From the NCBI GenBank assembly GCA_030583805.1, contig CP129476.1, positions 373,453 through 437,452 on the forward strand: DNA of 64,000 nt, in the 5' to 3' direction. The notes under the pieces were generated by a model, which searched no databases, was not told the origin of the DNA, and saw nothing but the letters and a program-made list of their open reading frames with translations. The DNA is from Patescibacteria group bacterium. Its GTDB lineage: Bacteria > Patescibacteriota > Patescibacteriia > SG8-24 > DYFX01. A program made the translations under genes and the position numbers. Below, one piece after another: positions 47,637-57,400 of the stretch (positions are counted from its first letter, which is position 1; the number at the start of each line of letters is the position of its first letter).

Positions 47637-49166
47637 ATGAAGCGTTCGCTCATTTTCCTCTCCGCGATCCTCATCTCCTGCGGCGACCCCGGGCCATCCT
47701 CGGAACCCGACGGCGCCCCCGCGCCTGAGGCTCCGGATGCGGCGGTTCCGCCGGCGGAGATGGGCGGCGAATATGCGATCAAAGTCACGCCGGAGCAGTT
47801 CTGGTGCGTGAACAGCGGCGAGCAGCCAACGCAGGAGTCCTACTCCATCCTGAGCATCGTGCCGCAGGACGACTGGACGATCGATCTCCGGACCGAGATG
47901 CGCGGCACGTTCCTCGAATTCGACCGTTACGACCTGGAGCGCGCGAGCGACGGCTCCTTCGACAGCGCTTGGCAAGGCTACGTCGGCTTCTTCGATATCC
48001 TGCTCACGCTTTTCCGCGACATCACGGAGAGTGCGGCGGATGGACGAGAGCTGCGTTTCAACCACCGCTACGACGTCGGCTGGGACGATGCTCAAGACGT
48101 CTATCACCGCGAGTGCGTGTACGACGCCAAGGTGTCCGGAACGCTGCTCCACGAGCGGTGGGACGGATCCCCCAAGGACGGCGTAAGCGGACAGTGGCAC
48201 GTGCAACAAGACGTGCTCGCGAGTCCGCTCTACGAAACGCAGCGCCGCGCGCTCCCACAGGACGCGGCGGGCGAAGACATCGCGCCGAGCCTGCGTACGC
48301 CCGACACCGCGATCCTTTTCAGGGATCGCACGGACGGAATGCTGAACCTCCTGCCGAACGCGGGAACGGAAGCAGCGCGGCTCGAAGCCTTCGCTATGAC
48401 GCCGAGCGACGCGCTCGTCTTCGATCCCGGCGATTTCGAACCGCTCGATCGACGGAATATCGTCCTGACGACGCTCTCGCAGAGTCCATCCGACGATCTC
48501 GTCGACGTACGCGGCATCTTTCAGTCGTTGGGCGGTCCGGTCTACCGCGATCCGCTCACGGGCCGCGTCGACGCCTGGATGCTGGTCGTGATTCCGTATC
48601 TCGATTCGGACGGAAGCATGCGCGTCATGCTGCAGGAAACGTCGCTTAGCGGCACGATCCTGCCGCATGCGCTCGCGCTGGAGGAAACCTGGCACTGGTG
48701 GACCGCGGCGACCGATACGCTCCCGGCGAAGGAACATTGGCTCCAGCACGAGCTCTACAGCGGCGTTCCGCGCTTCATGCCCCATGTGCGCGCGCTCGCC
48801 GAGCCGCCGCACGGCACGTATGCCGCCCTCTTCACTCTGGTCGACAACGATTGCGGCTTTGCGCCGTACGCCTACGCGCGCATCGTGCAGATCATGCCGA
48901 TCGACGGAGACGTGGTCTGGCCGCGAATTACCGGATTCGACCGCGAGCCGCACGTGACGGCCGATGCGAACGGGCGCTTCTCAACGCCGTTCGACCGCGC
49001 CACGAACTTCTGGCTCTACCGATACGCGATCGAAACGACGACGAACGGACATGCGATCGACATCGACATGACGGTCGAGCGCCGCGATCGCACGACGGGC
49101 GCCCTCAACTGCACCTCGACGTACGAAGCGCACGGCGAGAAACTCTACATGACCGCGCGCCCGTAA
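47637..49166 (+). CDS. lipoprotein of unknown function (509 aa)
   Basis: Lipobox ILISCGD, own promoter, RBS and terminator. Confidence 0.55.
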   Translation: MKRSLIFLSAILISCGDPGPSSEPDGAPAPEAPDAAVPPAEMGGEYAIKVTPEQFWCVNSGEQPTQESYSILSIVPQDDWTIDLRTEMRGTFLEFDRYDLERASDGSFDSAWQGYVGFFDILLTLFRDITESAADGRELRFNHRYDVGWDDAQDVYHRECVYDAKVSGTLLHERWDGSPKDGVSGQWHVQQDVLASPLYETQRRALPQDAAGEDIAPSLRTPDTAILFRDRTDGMLNLLPNAGTEAARLEAFAMTPSDALVFDPGDFEPLDRRNIVLTTLSQSPSDDLVDVRGIFQSLGGPVYRDPLTGRVDAWMLVVIPYLDSDGSMRVMLQETSLSGTILPHALALEETWHWWTAATDTLPAKEHWLQHELYSGVPRFMPHVRALAEPPHGTYAALFTLVDNDCGFAPYAYARIVQIMPIDGDVVWPRITGFDREPHVTADANGRFSTPFDRATNFWLYRYAIETTTNGHAIDIDMTVERRDRTTGALNCTSTYEAHGEKLYMTARP

Positions 49167-49171
49167 CGTCG

Positions 49172-49205
49172 AACGCCCCGCTTCCGCAGGGCGTTTTTCT
49201 TTTCC
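49172..49205 (+). terminator. intrinsic terminator GCCCCGC-TTCC-GCAGGGC + TTTTTCTTTT
   Basis: GC hairpin with TTCC loop followed by T-run directly after stop. Confidence 0.6.
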
Positions 49206-49209
49206 TCCT

Positions 49210-50181
49210 TCAAGGCTTTTGCTCGCCTTTGTGCCAGTGGCCGTAGACGAAGAACATGAACATCGTGGCTTTGACGGGCAGGTGTCCAAGCAGTTCCTTC
49301 GGCCCCAGGAAGAAGATCGAGATGAGGAACATCGTAAACGCGACCAGCACGGCTGGGCGGAAAGCGACGCGGAACAGGATGCACAGCGCGACAAGCGTCT
49401 CGATGACGGCCGCGAGAAAGACGAACTGGATGTCGCTCATGCCGAGCCCGTAGAGGAAATTGAGGCGGTACTCTCCGACGATCGCGAGCGCGAGCTCCGG
49501 GCGGAACCATTTGACGCCGGAAAGAACCAAAAAATTCAAACCCGTCAAAATACGGAAAAGATGGTACGCGCGGCGGCGGAATTCCGGCGCGTTGAGATGG
49601 AAAAGCGCTCTCCCCTTGCCGGTCGTCATGAGGTAGAGGCCAGCGCCGAAGAGAAAGAGTTCCTCCATCGCGTCCCAAAACGGCACGACGGCCAACCCCG
49701 CGAGAAATAGTGCTGCGACCAAGAAGCCGAGCTCGGCGTAGGCGGGCTCGAGGAACAGGAGCAGCGCGCCGAGCGTGATCTGGAAGATGCCGAGCGCGAT
49801 ACCCCACGAATTTCCGCCGAGTATCAGGCTGGGCGAGAAAAGCGTGCCGTGCAGGCCCGCGCCCATGAGCGAGACGCCGATCGTGACACCGAGAACAGTG
49901 CGCGGATTGAACGGAGCCGATGCGAGACGTGCGTCGATCCAGTGGGTCAGGCGCGAGCCGTCGAGCCGCCGGTCGATCCAGACCGCGGCAAGGAAGAGGA
50001 CGGCGAAGATGCCGATGACCGCGGCGGCGAACGTCGCGTCGACGCGTGAAAATACCGGCAGGCCGCCGGAAATAGCTTGCGCGTCGACGAACCACTTCTC
50101 ATGCGCGAGCGCATTCCCGCCCGCAAGCAAGAGCGCGAGCGCGGCCAACGGCCAGCGTTTCCAATTCCAACGGAGTTGCAT
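49210..50181 (-). CDS. polytopic membrane protein (~8 TM) immediately downstream of mreB
   Basis: Hydrophobic ORF; start chosen at MQLRWNWKRWPLAAL to avoid 38-nt overlap with mreB. Confidence 0.45.
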   Translation of the reverse strand: MQLRWNWKRWPLAALALLLAGGNALAHEKWFVDAQAISGGLPVFSRVDATFAAAVIGIFAVLFLAAVWIDRRLDGSRLTHWIDARLASAPFNPRTVLGVTIGVSLMGAGLHGTLFSPSLILGGNSWGIALGIFQITLGALLLFLEPAYAELGFLVAALFLAGLAVVPFWDAMEELFLFGAGLYLMTTGKGRALFHLNAPEFRRRAYHLFRILTGLNFLVLSGVKWFRPELALAIVGEYRLNFLYGLGMSDIQFVFLAAVIETLVALCILFRVAFRPAVLVAFTMFLISIFFLGPKELLGHLPVKATMFMFFVYGHWHKGEQKP

Positions 50182-50254
50182 ATGAAGAAAGTGTAGCACG
50201 GGAACCGCCTCCAAACGAAAAACCCGCGCTGACACGCGGGCTTCCACTGTTCGA

Positions 50255-51262
50255 TCAGCGCATCGCCAAGATTGAGCGCTTATAGCTTTCAAGATTTTCC
50301 AGCACGATGCCCGTGCCTTTGACGACGCAGAGCTGCGGCTCGTCGGCGACGTAGGCGGGAACGCCGGTGGCTTTGGCGAGGAGGCGGTCCAGGTTGCGGA
50401 GCTGCGAGGAGCCGCCCGAGAGGATCATGCCTTTTTCCATGACGTCGGAGGAAAGTTCCGGCGGCGTGCGGCGCAGCACTTCTTTTGTGGCGGCAATCAG
50501 CTCTTCGAGCTCGTTCTGGATCGCGTCGGTCACGTCGTCGGAGGTGACGGTGATCGTGCGCGGAAGGCCCGTGATCATGTCGCGGCCTTTGCACTCCATC
50601 GACATCTTTTCGTCCAAATAGAGCGCCGAGCCGATCGTGATTTTGATTTCCTCGGCCGTGCGTTCACCGATCGTCATGCCGTACTTGCGGCGGACGTGCT
50701 CGGTAATGGCGGCGTCGAGCTTGTTGCCGCCGACGCGCACCGAATCGGAGGCGACGATGCCGCCCAGCGAAATGACGGCCATCTCGGCCGTGCCGCCGCC
50801 GATGTCGATGACCATGTGGCCAGAAGCCGAGCCGATCGGAATGTCGGCGCCGATCGCAGCCACGACCGGCTCCTTAACGATGTAGGCCGCGCGGGCGCCG
50901 GCGGCGATCGTGGCGTCGATCACGGCGCGTCGCTCGACGGACGTGATGCCGCCAGGAACCGCGACCAACACTTCCGGACGGAAGACGCGGACGCCGCCAA
51001 CCGCTTTGTTGATGAAATACCGAAGCATCGCTTCGGTCGTTTTGTAGTCGGCGATGACGCCTTCTTTCAACGGACGCACGGCCACGATCGTGTCGGGCGT
51101 GCGGCCGAGCATTTCTTTCGCTTCCTTGCCGACTGCCAAAATTTTCTTGTCGATCGTCGAAATAGCGACGACCGACGGCTCGTTCATGATGACGCCGCGC
51201 TTGGGTGCGTAGACCAGGACCGTCGTGGTGCCGAGGTCGATGCCGATCTTCTTGATGAACAT
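50255..51262 (-). CDS. mreB: rod-shape determining actin homolog
   Basis: Phosphate-1 IGIDLGTT, connect and adenosine motifs GGGTAE, ILSGGSS. Confidence 0.95.
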   Translation of the reverse strand: MFIKKIGIDLGTTTVLVYAPKRGVIMNEPSVVAISTIDKKILAVGKEAKEMLGRTPDTIVAVRPLKEGVIADYKTTEAMLRYFINKAVGGVRVFRPEVLVAVPGGITSVERRAVIDATIAAGARAAYIVKEPVVAAIGADIPIGSASGHMVIDIGGGTAEMAVISLGGIVASDSVRVGGNKLDAAITEHVRRKYGMTIGERTAEEIKITIGSALYLDEKMSMECKGRDMITGLPRTITVTSDDVTDAIQNELEELIAATKEVLRRTPPELSSDVMEKGMILSGGSSQLRNLDRLLAKATGVPAYVADEPQLCVVKGTGIVLENLESYKRSILAMR

Positions 51263-51272
51263 TCGCGGAAAA

Positions 51273-53264
51273 TTACTTCAGGCCAACGGTGAACTGCCGG
51301 TCGGTGCGAAGGTCTGTGGATAAACGGTAGTGCGTATCGCCCCATTGATTCGGGCTTTCCGGGGGCGTCGCGCGCGCTACGTTCTTACCAAAATCGAGGT
51401 CGAGCGTCAAACCATGTCCGAGGGTGCCGAGCTGCTTCTGCGCGTCGAGCACGTAGGTTCCGGCGCGGATCTGCTTGGCGACCGCGTCCGAGACGCGATA
51501 CTCCATCGCGAGCGTGCGGGTCTCGCCCGGTTCGATGGAAATGAAGGCGCCGAACACGGCGTGACCGAGTTCTTGCGTCACGTCGACGGTTCCGACGCGG
51601 CGCCTCGGATCATTCAGCTTGTCGTCGACCATCATCCCCTCGCCTTTGATGAACGTACTGCCGAGCGGCGCGTAAAATCGCGTATACGTGCGATACCGCG
51701 TCGTCTTCCAATTGAAGCGCCCGTTATTCTTGTACGTGATGCTGGCGCGCGCAATCCAAGAATCGCCGTCGGGGCGAAGCGTGTATGAAATAGTCCTGTC
51801 CATCACCGCGTCGGTCTTGAGCGAAGCGAGGTTGGCGTCGATGATCGCCAATCGATCGTTGGCCGCGGAACGGAAACGCCCCGTCCAACCGCTCGCGTCG
51901 GCGAAGGTCTGGAGCGTGGAATCGTGGAAATACGCCATCATGTGCTTTTCCTTGAGCGCCTCCTGCGCGACGTCGGCCAACTGCGCAAGCTGCGAGAGCT
52001 TCGTGCCGAGCAGCCGCTTGATGAGTTCTTGGCCGAGCTTGCCGACGACGTCTTTGCGCTGCGCTTGCGGCGTGCCGTCCGTCCAAAACGCGACCTCCAC
52101 GCGGTACTCCAATTCATCCGTCACGTTTTCCGACGTGAAGGTCGAGCCGTCGACCGTGATCGGACCCGTGATCGCCAGCAGCTTCGAGACGAGCGTCGGC
52201 GTGATGCCAATGACGCCGTCGAGGCGCTCTTTTCCGCCCTCAAGCCGGTAAAATTTCTCAACGTTCATGGCGGAAACCGCGAAGTCCGGCGACCAGTTGG
52301 AATCGCGCATGTACCACACAGGCACGCGCAAATACGTCCTGAGCGGCGCCGGCGGGATTTCTTTCATGTACGCCTCCGAAGGCCCGTCGAGCGCGTAGAT
52401 GTCGTCGGTGAAAAACTCCGTAATTTCCGCGTCAGCGAAATCAAGAATGCCGTAGGTGCCGATAAACCCGCCGCCGGGCCTGAGCTCGGTGTTGTTGAGC
52501 ATCAGGAAGAGGTACGTTTTCGGTTCCGGATAGCCGAGGATCGAAGGCAGCATCGCGAGCGGCGAAAGATCGTGCGTCATGAGATCGCGCATGGATCGCA
52601 GCTGCTCCTTGTACGGCTCGATCGAAGCAAGCACGCCCTCGGTGAACGGCGTTTTCTCGACGCGATCCCAGGCCGCCAGCGCGCGGTCGAGCGAGGTACG
52701 CGCGATCGCGAGGCGGTCCGGCGCCTGCGACACGTTCTGCAAGAGCACGCGGCGCTCCTCGCGCGAAAGCGACGAGACAGTGCGTCCGTCCGCCGACAAG
52801 TCCGGTACGCCGCCAAGCGACGCGCCGCCGGATTTCAGCACGGCGACCAAATCCGCGCCGACATCGATCGCTTCCTTCAGCGCAAGCGAGGCTTCGCGCC
52901 CGCCCTCGAGCAGGTCGTAGACACCATTCAGATCTTTCTCCAAAAACGGCAATGCCTTGAACGGCTTCAGCTTTCGCTCCGCGCGCTGCGCGGCGTCAAA
53001 ACGCTGCGCCGCCTCCTCCAGCCGTCCGGAGGCCGTGCTGAAATCGAGCTGCTCGGCCGCTTCTTTGGCGCTGAAGAGCGCATCGCGCCCCGCCACCGCT
53101 TGGGCATAGACTTCTCGGGCGGCAAGAAGCGCCGGCACGGCGATCGCCGTACCGATGACGACGACGAATGCTAAAAAGCCGAGGACGCCGTAGAGGACGT
53201 ACTTCCAGGCCTTGCGCCTCTTTTTCTCCTCCGCTCCGAGCAGGTTATGCGCGTGGGATTCCAT
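51273..53264 (-). CDS. DUF4012 domain membrane-anchored protein, likely leaderless
   Basis: N-terminal TM, signature LRPGGGFIGTYGILD; ATG 53264 lies 6 nt downstream of TGTTATACT. Confidence 0.65.
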   Translation of the reverse strand: MESHAHNLLGAEEKKRRKAWKYVLYGVLGFLAFVVVIGTAIAVPALLAAREVYAQAVAGRDALFSAKEAAEQLDFSTASGRLEEAAQRFDAAQRAERKLKPFKALPFLEKDLNGVYDLLEGGREASLALKEAIDVGADLVAVLKSGGASLGGVPDLSADGRTVSSLSREERRVLLQNVSQAPDRLAIARTSLDRALAAWDRVEKTPFTEGVLASIEPYKEQLRSMRDLMTHDLSPLAMLPSILGYPEPKTYLFLMLNNTELRPGGGFIGTYGILDFADAEITEFFTDDIYALDGPSEAYMKEIPPAPLRTYLRVPVWYMRDSNWSPDFAVSAMNVEKFYRLEGGKERLDGVIGITPTLVSKLLAITGPITVDGSTFTSENVTDELEYRVEVAFWTDGTPQAQRKDVVGKLGQELIKRLLGTKLSQLAQLADVAQEALKEKHMMAYFHDSTLQTFADASGWTGRFRSAANDRLAIIDANLASLKTDAVMDRTISYTLRPDGDSWIARASITYKNNGRFNWKTTRYRTYTRFYAPLGSTFIKGEGMMVDDKLNDPRRRVGTVDVTQELGHAVFGAFISIEPGETRTLAMEYRVSDAVAKQIRAGTYVLDAQKQLGTLGHGLTLDLDFGKNVARATPPESPNQWGDTHYRLSTDLRTDRQFTVGLK

Positions 53265-53320
53265 GCGAGCAGTATAACACGCGCCGATTGACAAGACGTG
53301 TTTGCGCGCCCGTACAAACA

Positions 53321-53350
53321 AAACACCCGCTTCCGCGGGCGTCTCGAAGT
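53321..53350 (-). terminator. intrinsic terminator CCCGC-TTCC-GCGGG + TGTTTTGTTTGT after PLDc_N gene
   Basis: Perfect 5-bp GC stem, U-rich tail on minus strand. Confidence 0.5.
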
Positions 53351-53354
53351 CCGT

Positions 53355-53549
53355 TTAGACTTTGGGCGCGGCGTTGCCGCCCTTGCGGCCGAAGATGAAG
53401 TACGCGATCAAACCGAGTGCCGGAGCGAGCAGGATCGCCAAGATCCAAAGGACCTTGTGCGTCGTATCTTTCGAGCTTTTCACGAGCTCCATGATGGCGA
53501 CGATATCGAGCGCCAAAATCATGAGCACCGCGATGTTCATGGCATTCAT
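53355..53549 (-). CDS. small membrane protein, PLD N-terminal (PLDc_N/cardiolipin synthase N-terminal-like) domain
   Basis: Two TM helices with KSSKDTTHKVLWILAILLAPALGLIAYFIFGRK motif. Confidence 0.45.
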   Translation of the reverse strand: MNAMNIAVLMILALDIVAIMELVKSSKDTTHKVLWILAILLAPALGLIAYFIFGRKGGNAAPKV

Positions 53550-53598
53550 ACCAAATTTATAAATAATCTTAGAACCAGCATACCACGACGCGCTTGCA

Positions 53599-54423
53599 TC
53601 AAGAACTCTCCGCGCCAATTCTTGGCAGGGGCCGGTTCTTCCATTTCAAGAAATAAGCGATGGCGCTCGTGATGTGAATACGGGAAACCTTGTTCGTAAA
53701 CGGTGCAAGAAACCAGAGCGTGTCGGCGGATTCGCGGCGGTGATAATGGATGATCGCGATCTTGGGATGATAGACGACCTTCCAGTTCGCGCCCCAAAAC
53801 CGTCGGCACCAATCCGTGTCCTCGAAGTAGACGAAAAACCGCTCGTCAAACATGCCGACGGCGTCGATCGCCGCGCGGCGCACAAACATTGCCGCGCCCT
53901 CGACCCAGTCAACCTCGGATGTTTCGCGCATGTCGACATCACGCAAAAAATAGCGATCGATTTCCGATTTCGCCCGCGCCGTCTTGCCGAGCGGCGTCCG
54001 GCGATAGATCGGTATCCACGGCGTCGGAAACCGGTGAACCGATTCCTGACGCGTGCCGTCGGGGCGTACGAGCTTCGGGCCGAGCACGCCGATGTCAGGA
54101 TGCGCTTCCATGTACGCATACATCGATTCGATCGCGCCTTCCGGCACAAGCGCGTCGGGATTGAGCACGAAAACGTATTTGCCTTTCGCTTTGCGCATGG
54201 CGGCATTGTTGCCGGCGGCGAATCCGACATTGCGATCAAGCGCGATCAGCCGCACTTCCGGAAATTCCGCGCGCACGAGTTCGGGCAAGCCGTCGCCCGA
54301 AGCGTTGTCAACAACAAAGACTTCGTAATTCAAACGAATGCGCGCCAACCGCAAGCTCTTCAAGCCTTGCCTGACCATGCCGCGCGTCTTGTAGTTCACG
54401 ATGACGATGGAAACGTCGACCAT
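53599..54423 (-). CDS. GT2 family glycosyltransferase
   Basis: VSIVIVNYKT, VVDNASGDG, DxD-region NPDALV; ATG at MVDVSIV. Confidence 0.75.
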   Translation of the reverse strand: MVDVSIVIVNYKTRGMVRQGLKSLRLARIRLNYEVFVVDNASGDGLPELVRAEFPEVRLIALDRNVGFAAGNNAAMRKAKGKYVFVLNPDALVPEGAIESMYAYMEAHPDIGVLGPKLVRPDGTRQESVHRFPTPWIPIYRRTPLGKTARAKSEIDRYFLRDVDMRETSEVDWVEGAAMFVRRAAIDAVGMFDERFFVYFEDTDWCRRFWGANWKVVYHPKIAIIHYHRRESADTLWFLAPFTNKVSRIHITSAIAYFLKWKNRPLPRIGAESS

Positions 54424-54424
54424 A

Positions 54425-55480
54425 TCAGCGGAACCACGTTCGTATTTCTTTCGGGGAAGCCTTGCGGGACTTGCGAAGCCGCCCCCGCTTCCTCCACATC
54501 TTCGGCAAAAGCGCGAGCGCTTCGAAGTAGGCGCCGAGCGTGCGAGGGGCGAGCACGAGCGTCGAGAGGAACTTGCCGATCTCATGCACGAGAATCCACG
54601 GCAAGTGAAGAAGCCGGTTCGTCCAATCGTCGTTCTTGGCGAGCACGAGCAGGTGGTTGCGCGTCGAGAGCCGGTTCACGAGCGCCGAGCGCCCGAGACG
54701 CCGCTTGAAAAGCTCGATCACTCCGGCCTTCTCGGAACCGCCCGTGCCGCGATAGTGATACGCCGTCGCGTCCGGCACGTACAGCGATTTCCAACCGAGC
54801 AAGCGCAAGCGCCACGCCGCGTCGACGTCTTCTTTGTAGGCAAAAAGATCCTCATCGTAGAATTCGCCGTCGGCCTCGCGCAGCGCCTCGACCGCTTCGG
54901 CGCGATACAGGGCCAGGGCGCCCGAAGGGCCGAACACCTCGACCGGAGCCGCGTACGCCGGGCCGTCATGCTCCCCTGCCCCGCGGTCCGCCGCGCGCCG
55001 ATCGCGCCGCATCCGAAGACCCGCCGAGTCGAGCATCTCGGATCGACGAGGCTCATCCTCATCCTCAAGGCGCGGATAGACTTTAAGAAGCTTTCCGCAA
55101 GCGCTGCCGATTTCAAAACGGCCGTCGATGGCGCCCGCGAGCCGCTCCAAAAAATCCGGCTGGAGAATGATGTCGGGATTCATCACGAGCACGTAGCGGT
55201 CGATGGAGCTGCGCCCCTTCTTGTCGTCGTCGGCCCAGCGATTGCGCGCGAGTTCAACCGCCTGATTGTGCGCGTGGCTGAAACCGAGATTCTTGAAGTT
55301 GCGGAGTACCGTCGCCTCGGGAAATCCGGCGCGCACGACGTCGACCGAACCGTCCGATGAAGCGTTGTCGACGACCGTCAGCGTGAAGTCCTTGAACGTC
55401 TGCGCGCGCAAAGACTCGACCGCGTCCCGCAAGACGCGCGCGTGATTCCAAGCGACGATATGGACGGAGATCCTGGCCAT
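54425..55480 (-). CDS. GT2 family glycosyltransferase
   Basis: ISVHIVAWNH, VVDNASSDGS, NPDIIL motifs; ATG at MARISV. Confidence 0.7.
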   Translation of the reverse strand: MARISVHIVAWNHARVLRDAVESLRAQTFKDFTLTVVDNASSDGSVDVVRAGFPEATVLRNFKNLGFSHAHNQAVELARNRWADDDKKGRSSIDRYVLVMNPDIILQPDFLERLAGAIDGRFEIGSACGKLLKVYPRLEDEDEPRRSEMLDSAGLRMRRDRRAADRGAGEHDGPAYAAPVEVFGPSGALALYRAEAVEALREADGEFYDEDLFAYKEDVDAAWRLRLLGWKSLYVPDATAYHYRGTGGSEKAGVIELFKRRLGRSALVNRLSTRNHLLVLAKNDDWTNRLLHLPWILVHEIGKFLSTLVLAPRTLGAYFEALALLPKMWRKRGRLRKSRKASPKEIRTWFR

Positions 55481-55481
55481 G

Positions 55482-57014
55482 TCAGGCTTCCTTTTTCTCA
55501 AGCACGGTCTTCGGCGTGACCCAGAAGCCGAGGCGGCGGCCCAGGAACAAGCGCGTTTGCGCGTCGATAGCAGGAATGGAACCAAAAAGGATGAAGGTGA
55601 ACGGCAGCAGCATCCATTGGAGCAGCATCACGACGTGCAGATACCTGCGCTTGTGCTGCGGACGGCTCGGCAAGAGCGGCAACGACAGCACGGCCGAAGC
55701 GAAGACGCCGAGCATGGCGCAGGTCATGATCCAGGAGAGCGTGATCGGCGCGTTCTGGAAAACGACCTCGGGGCGTCCCGAGAGGCGCGCGATCGTGAAC
55801 GGCAACTGGCCGAGGAGGAAGATCAGGAGCGGCGCGGTCGCCCAGGTGTACATGCCCTCGGTCAGCACGAACAGCTTCGCGAAACGCTTGCCGAACGAAA
55901 TCGATTTCGCCTTGGCTTTGAAGTTGATCGCGAGGTACGGGAAGTGCTCGGCGCCCCAGGCCCAACGACGCTGCTGCTTGTAGAGATTGACCAGGCTGCC
56001 GATCCACTTCGGCGCCATGACCGCGTCCATCGAGACTGGCACGTAAAGCGGCACGACGCGGTACTCGCCGTCGTAGCGCAAAAAGCACTGCAGGAAAATA
56101 CGGGAGTCTTCCGACACGATATCGCGCTGCCAAAAACCGACGTCGACGAGCGCCTTGAACGGCATGCTGTGCGACGAAAACGTGAAGAGGCGGTCGGGCC
56201 GCACGAGTTCGGACAGGAGCCAGAACGTCGTGCCGAAAGCCGCGATGCGCACGATGGCCGGCGCGTCCCAGATATTGTTGGAGTAAAGCACGACCGGCTG
56301 GTACGAGGCGCGCAAACGGTCCGGCGTTTCAAGATACGTCTTGGCGAGGTGCGCGAAATACTGCTTGTGCGCGATCGTATCGATATCGAACGTCGAAACG
56401 ATCACGTCTTCATACGGGATTCCAAGCTCGTCGACCGCTTTTTGCGCGAACGGTCCGGCATAGTGCAAGTTCGAACCCTTGCCGGCAATGTCGCCGACCG
56501 TGTCCGACGGATGCACGGTGACGATCATTTTCAAAAACTTCTCGCCGAATTCCGCGCGGATCGCTTCCGCGCGCGCAAGAAACGCCTCGCGGCCGGCGCG
56601 CTCTTCGCCCGCCAATACCACGATCATCCGCTTCGGATCGACTTTGGCGGTAATCAAGCTGCGGAACGTGGCGCGCAGGATCTCGATATCCTCTTTATAC
56701 GTCGGAAGGAAAACGAGATGGCGGATTTTTTCCCAGCCCGCCGTTTTTCTCAACTCGGCGTCCCAGTCGATCTCGAGCGCTCCGCGATGGCGGCGCCACG
56801 AAACCGTCAGGAAAATGACGAAATAAAGGACGCGGAAAAACCAGTAGAGATCGAAGGCGATGATGAAATAGACCGCCCAGATCGGGTTGACGAACGACAG
56901 GATGATCGCGCCCAAAAGCGTCGCCCAAACGAGCGAAGCCGGCACGAATTCGAAACGGCGGTGCCATTTCTTCTGTGCGGGCGTGTAGTCGTCCCAGGTC
57001 AGTGCGCGTTCCAT
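55482..57014 (-). CDS. membrane-embedded GT2-like glycosyltransferase (synthase-type, multiple TM)
   Basis: N-terminal 2 TM, cytoplasmic GT-A region, QxxRW-like QQRRW motif, C-terminal TM bundle. Confidence 0.6.
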   Translation of the reverse strand: MERALTWDDYTPAQKKWHRRFEFVPASLVWATLLGAIILSFVNPIWAVYFIIAFDLYWFFRVLYFVIFLTVSWRRHRGALEIDWDAELRKTAGWEKIRHLVFLPTYKEDIEILRATFRSLITAKVDPKRMIVVLAGEERAGREAFLARAEAIRAEFGEKFLKMIVTVHPSDTVGDIAGKGSNLHYAGPFAQKAVDELGIPYEDVIVSTFDIDTIAHKQYFAHLAKTYLETPDRLRASYQPVVLYSNNIWDAPAIVRIAAFGTTFWLLSELVRPDRLFTFSSHSMPFKALVDVGFWQRDIVSEDSRIFLQCFLRYDGEYRVVPLYVPVSMDAVMAPKWIGSLVNLYKQQRRWAWGAEHFPYLAINFKAKAKSISFGKRFAKLFVLTEGMYTWATAPLLIFLLGQLPFTIARLSGRPEVVFQNAPITLSWIMTCAMLGVFASAVLSLPLLPSRPQHKRRYLHVVMLLQWMLLPFTFILFGSIPAIDAQTRLFLGRRLGFWVTPKTVLEKKEA

Positions 57015-57400
57015 GTCTTTTTCTTTTTGCTGATCGTGATATTCGGCTCGGCGGCGTAGAGCGGGTGCACAGGCGTTTTGGCGCCAAAGGCGTCGTTCGG
57101 GAGCTGAGCCGCTTCTTCGACCGAGAGCTCGCCCGTCGCGGCGAGCCGGGCGCCGAGCGCGCGCGCGAGCGCGGTTGCGACCGTCACGCGGCGACGCACG
57201 GCGGAGAAACCGCCAGGTCCTTTGTCGACGGCGATTTCCGTGATGGCGGAGCGTTTCGCTTTCGCCTTCTTGAGCGCCGCGTCAAAGAGTTGCAAAAGAT
57301 CGTCCGTGAAGCCGCCCTTGCAAGCCGTGACGAGCGTTCCGTCTTTTGACAGCGAAACGACGACGCCTCCTTCGGCCGTGCCGCCGAAGTACGCCCTCAT
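56999..57400 (-). CDS. short TsaB/YeaZ-like protein (N-terminal half only, 133 aa)
   Basis: GPGGFSAVRRRVTVATALARALG resembles TsaB GPGSFTGxRIG; roughly half normal length. Confidence 0.4.
   Translation of the reverse strand: MRAYFGGTAEGGVVVSLSKDGTLVTACKGGFTDDLLQLFDAALKKAKAKRSAITEIAVDKGPGGFSAVRRRVTVATALARALGARLAATGELSVEEAAQLPNDAFGAKTPVHPLYAAEPNITISKKKKTWNAH

Noticed and set aside
49210-50292. Longer start (MKAISAQ...) for the membrane protein downstream of mreB
   Set aside because: It would overlap mreB by 38 nt, and the N-terminal 37 residues are non-hydrophobic Arg-rich read-through. The internal ATG at 50181 is preferred.
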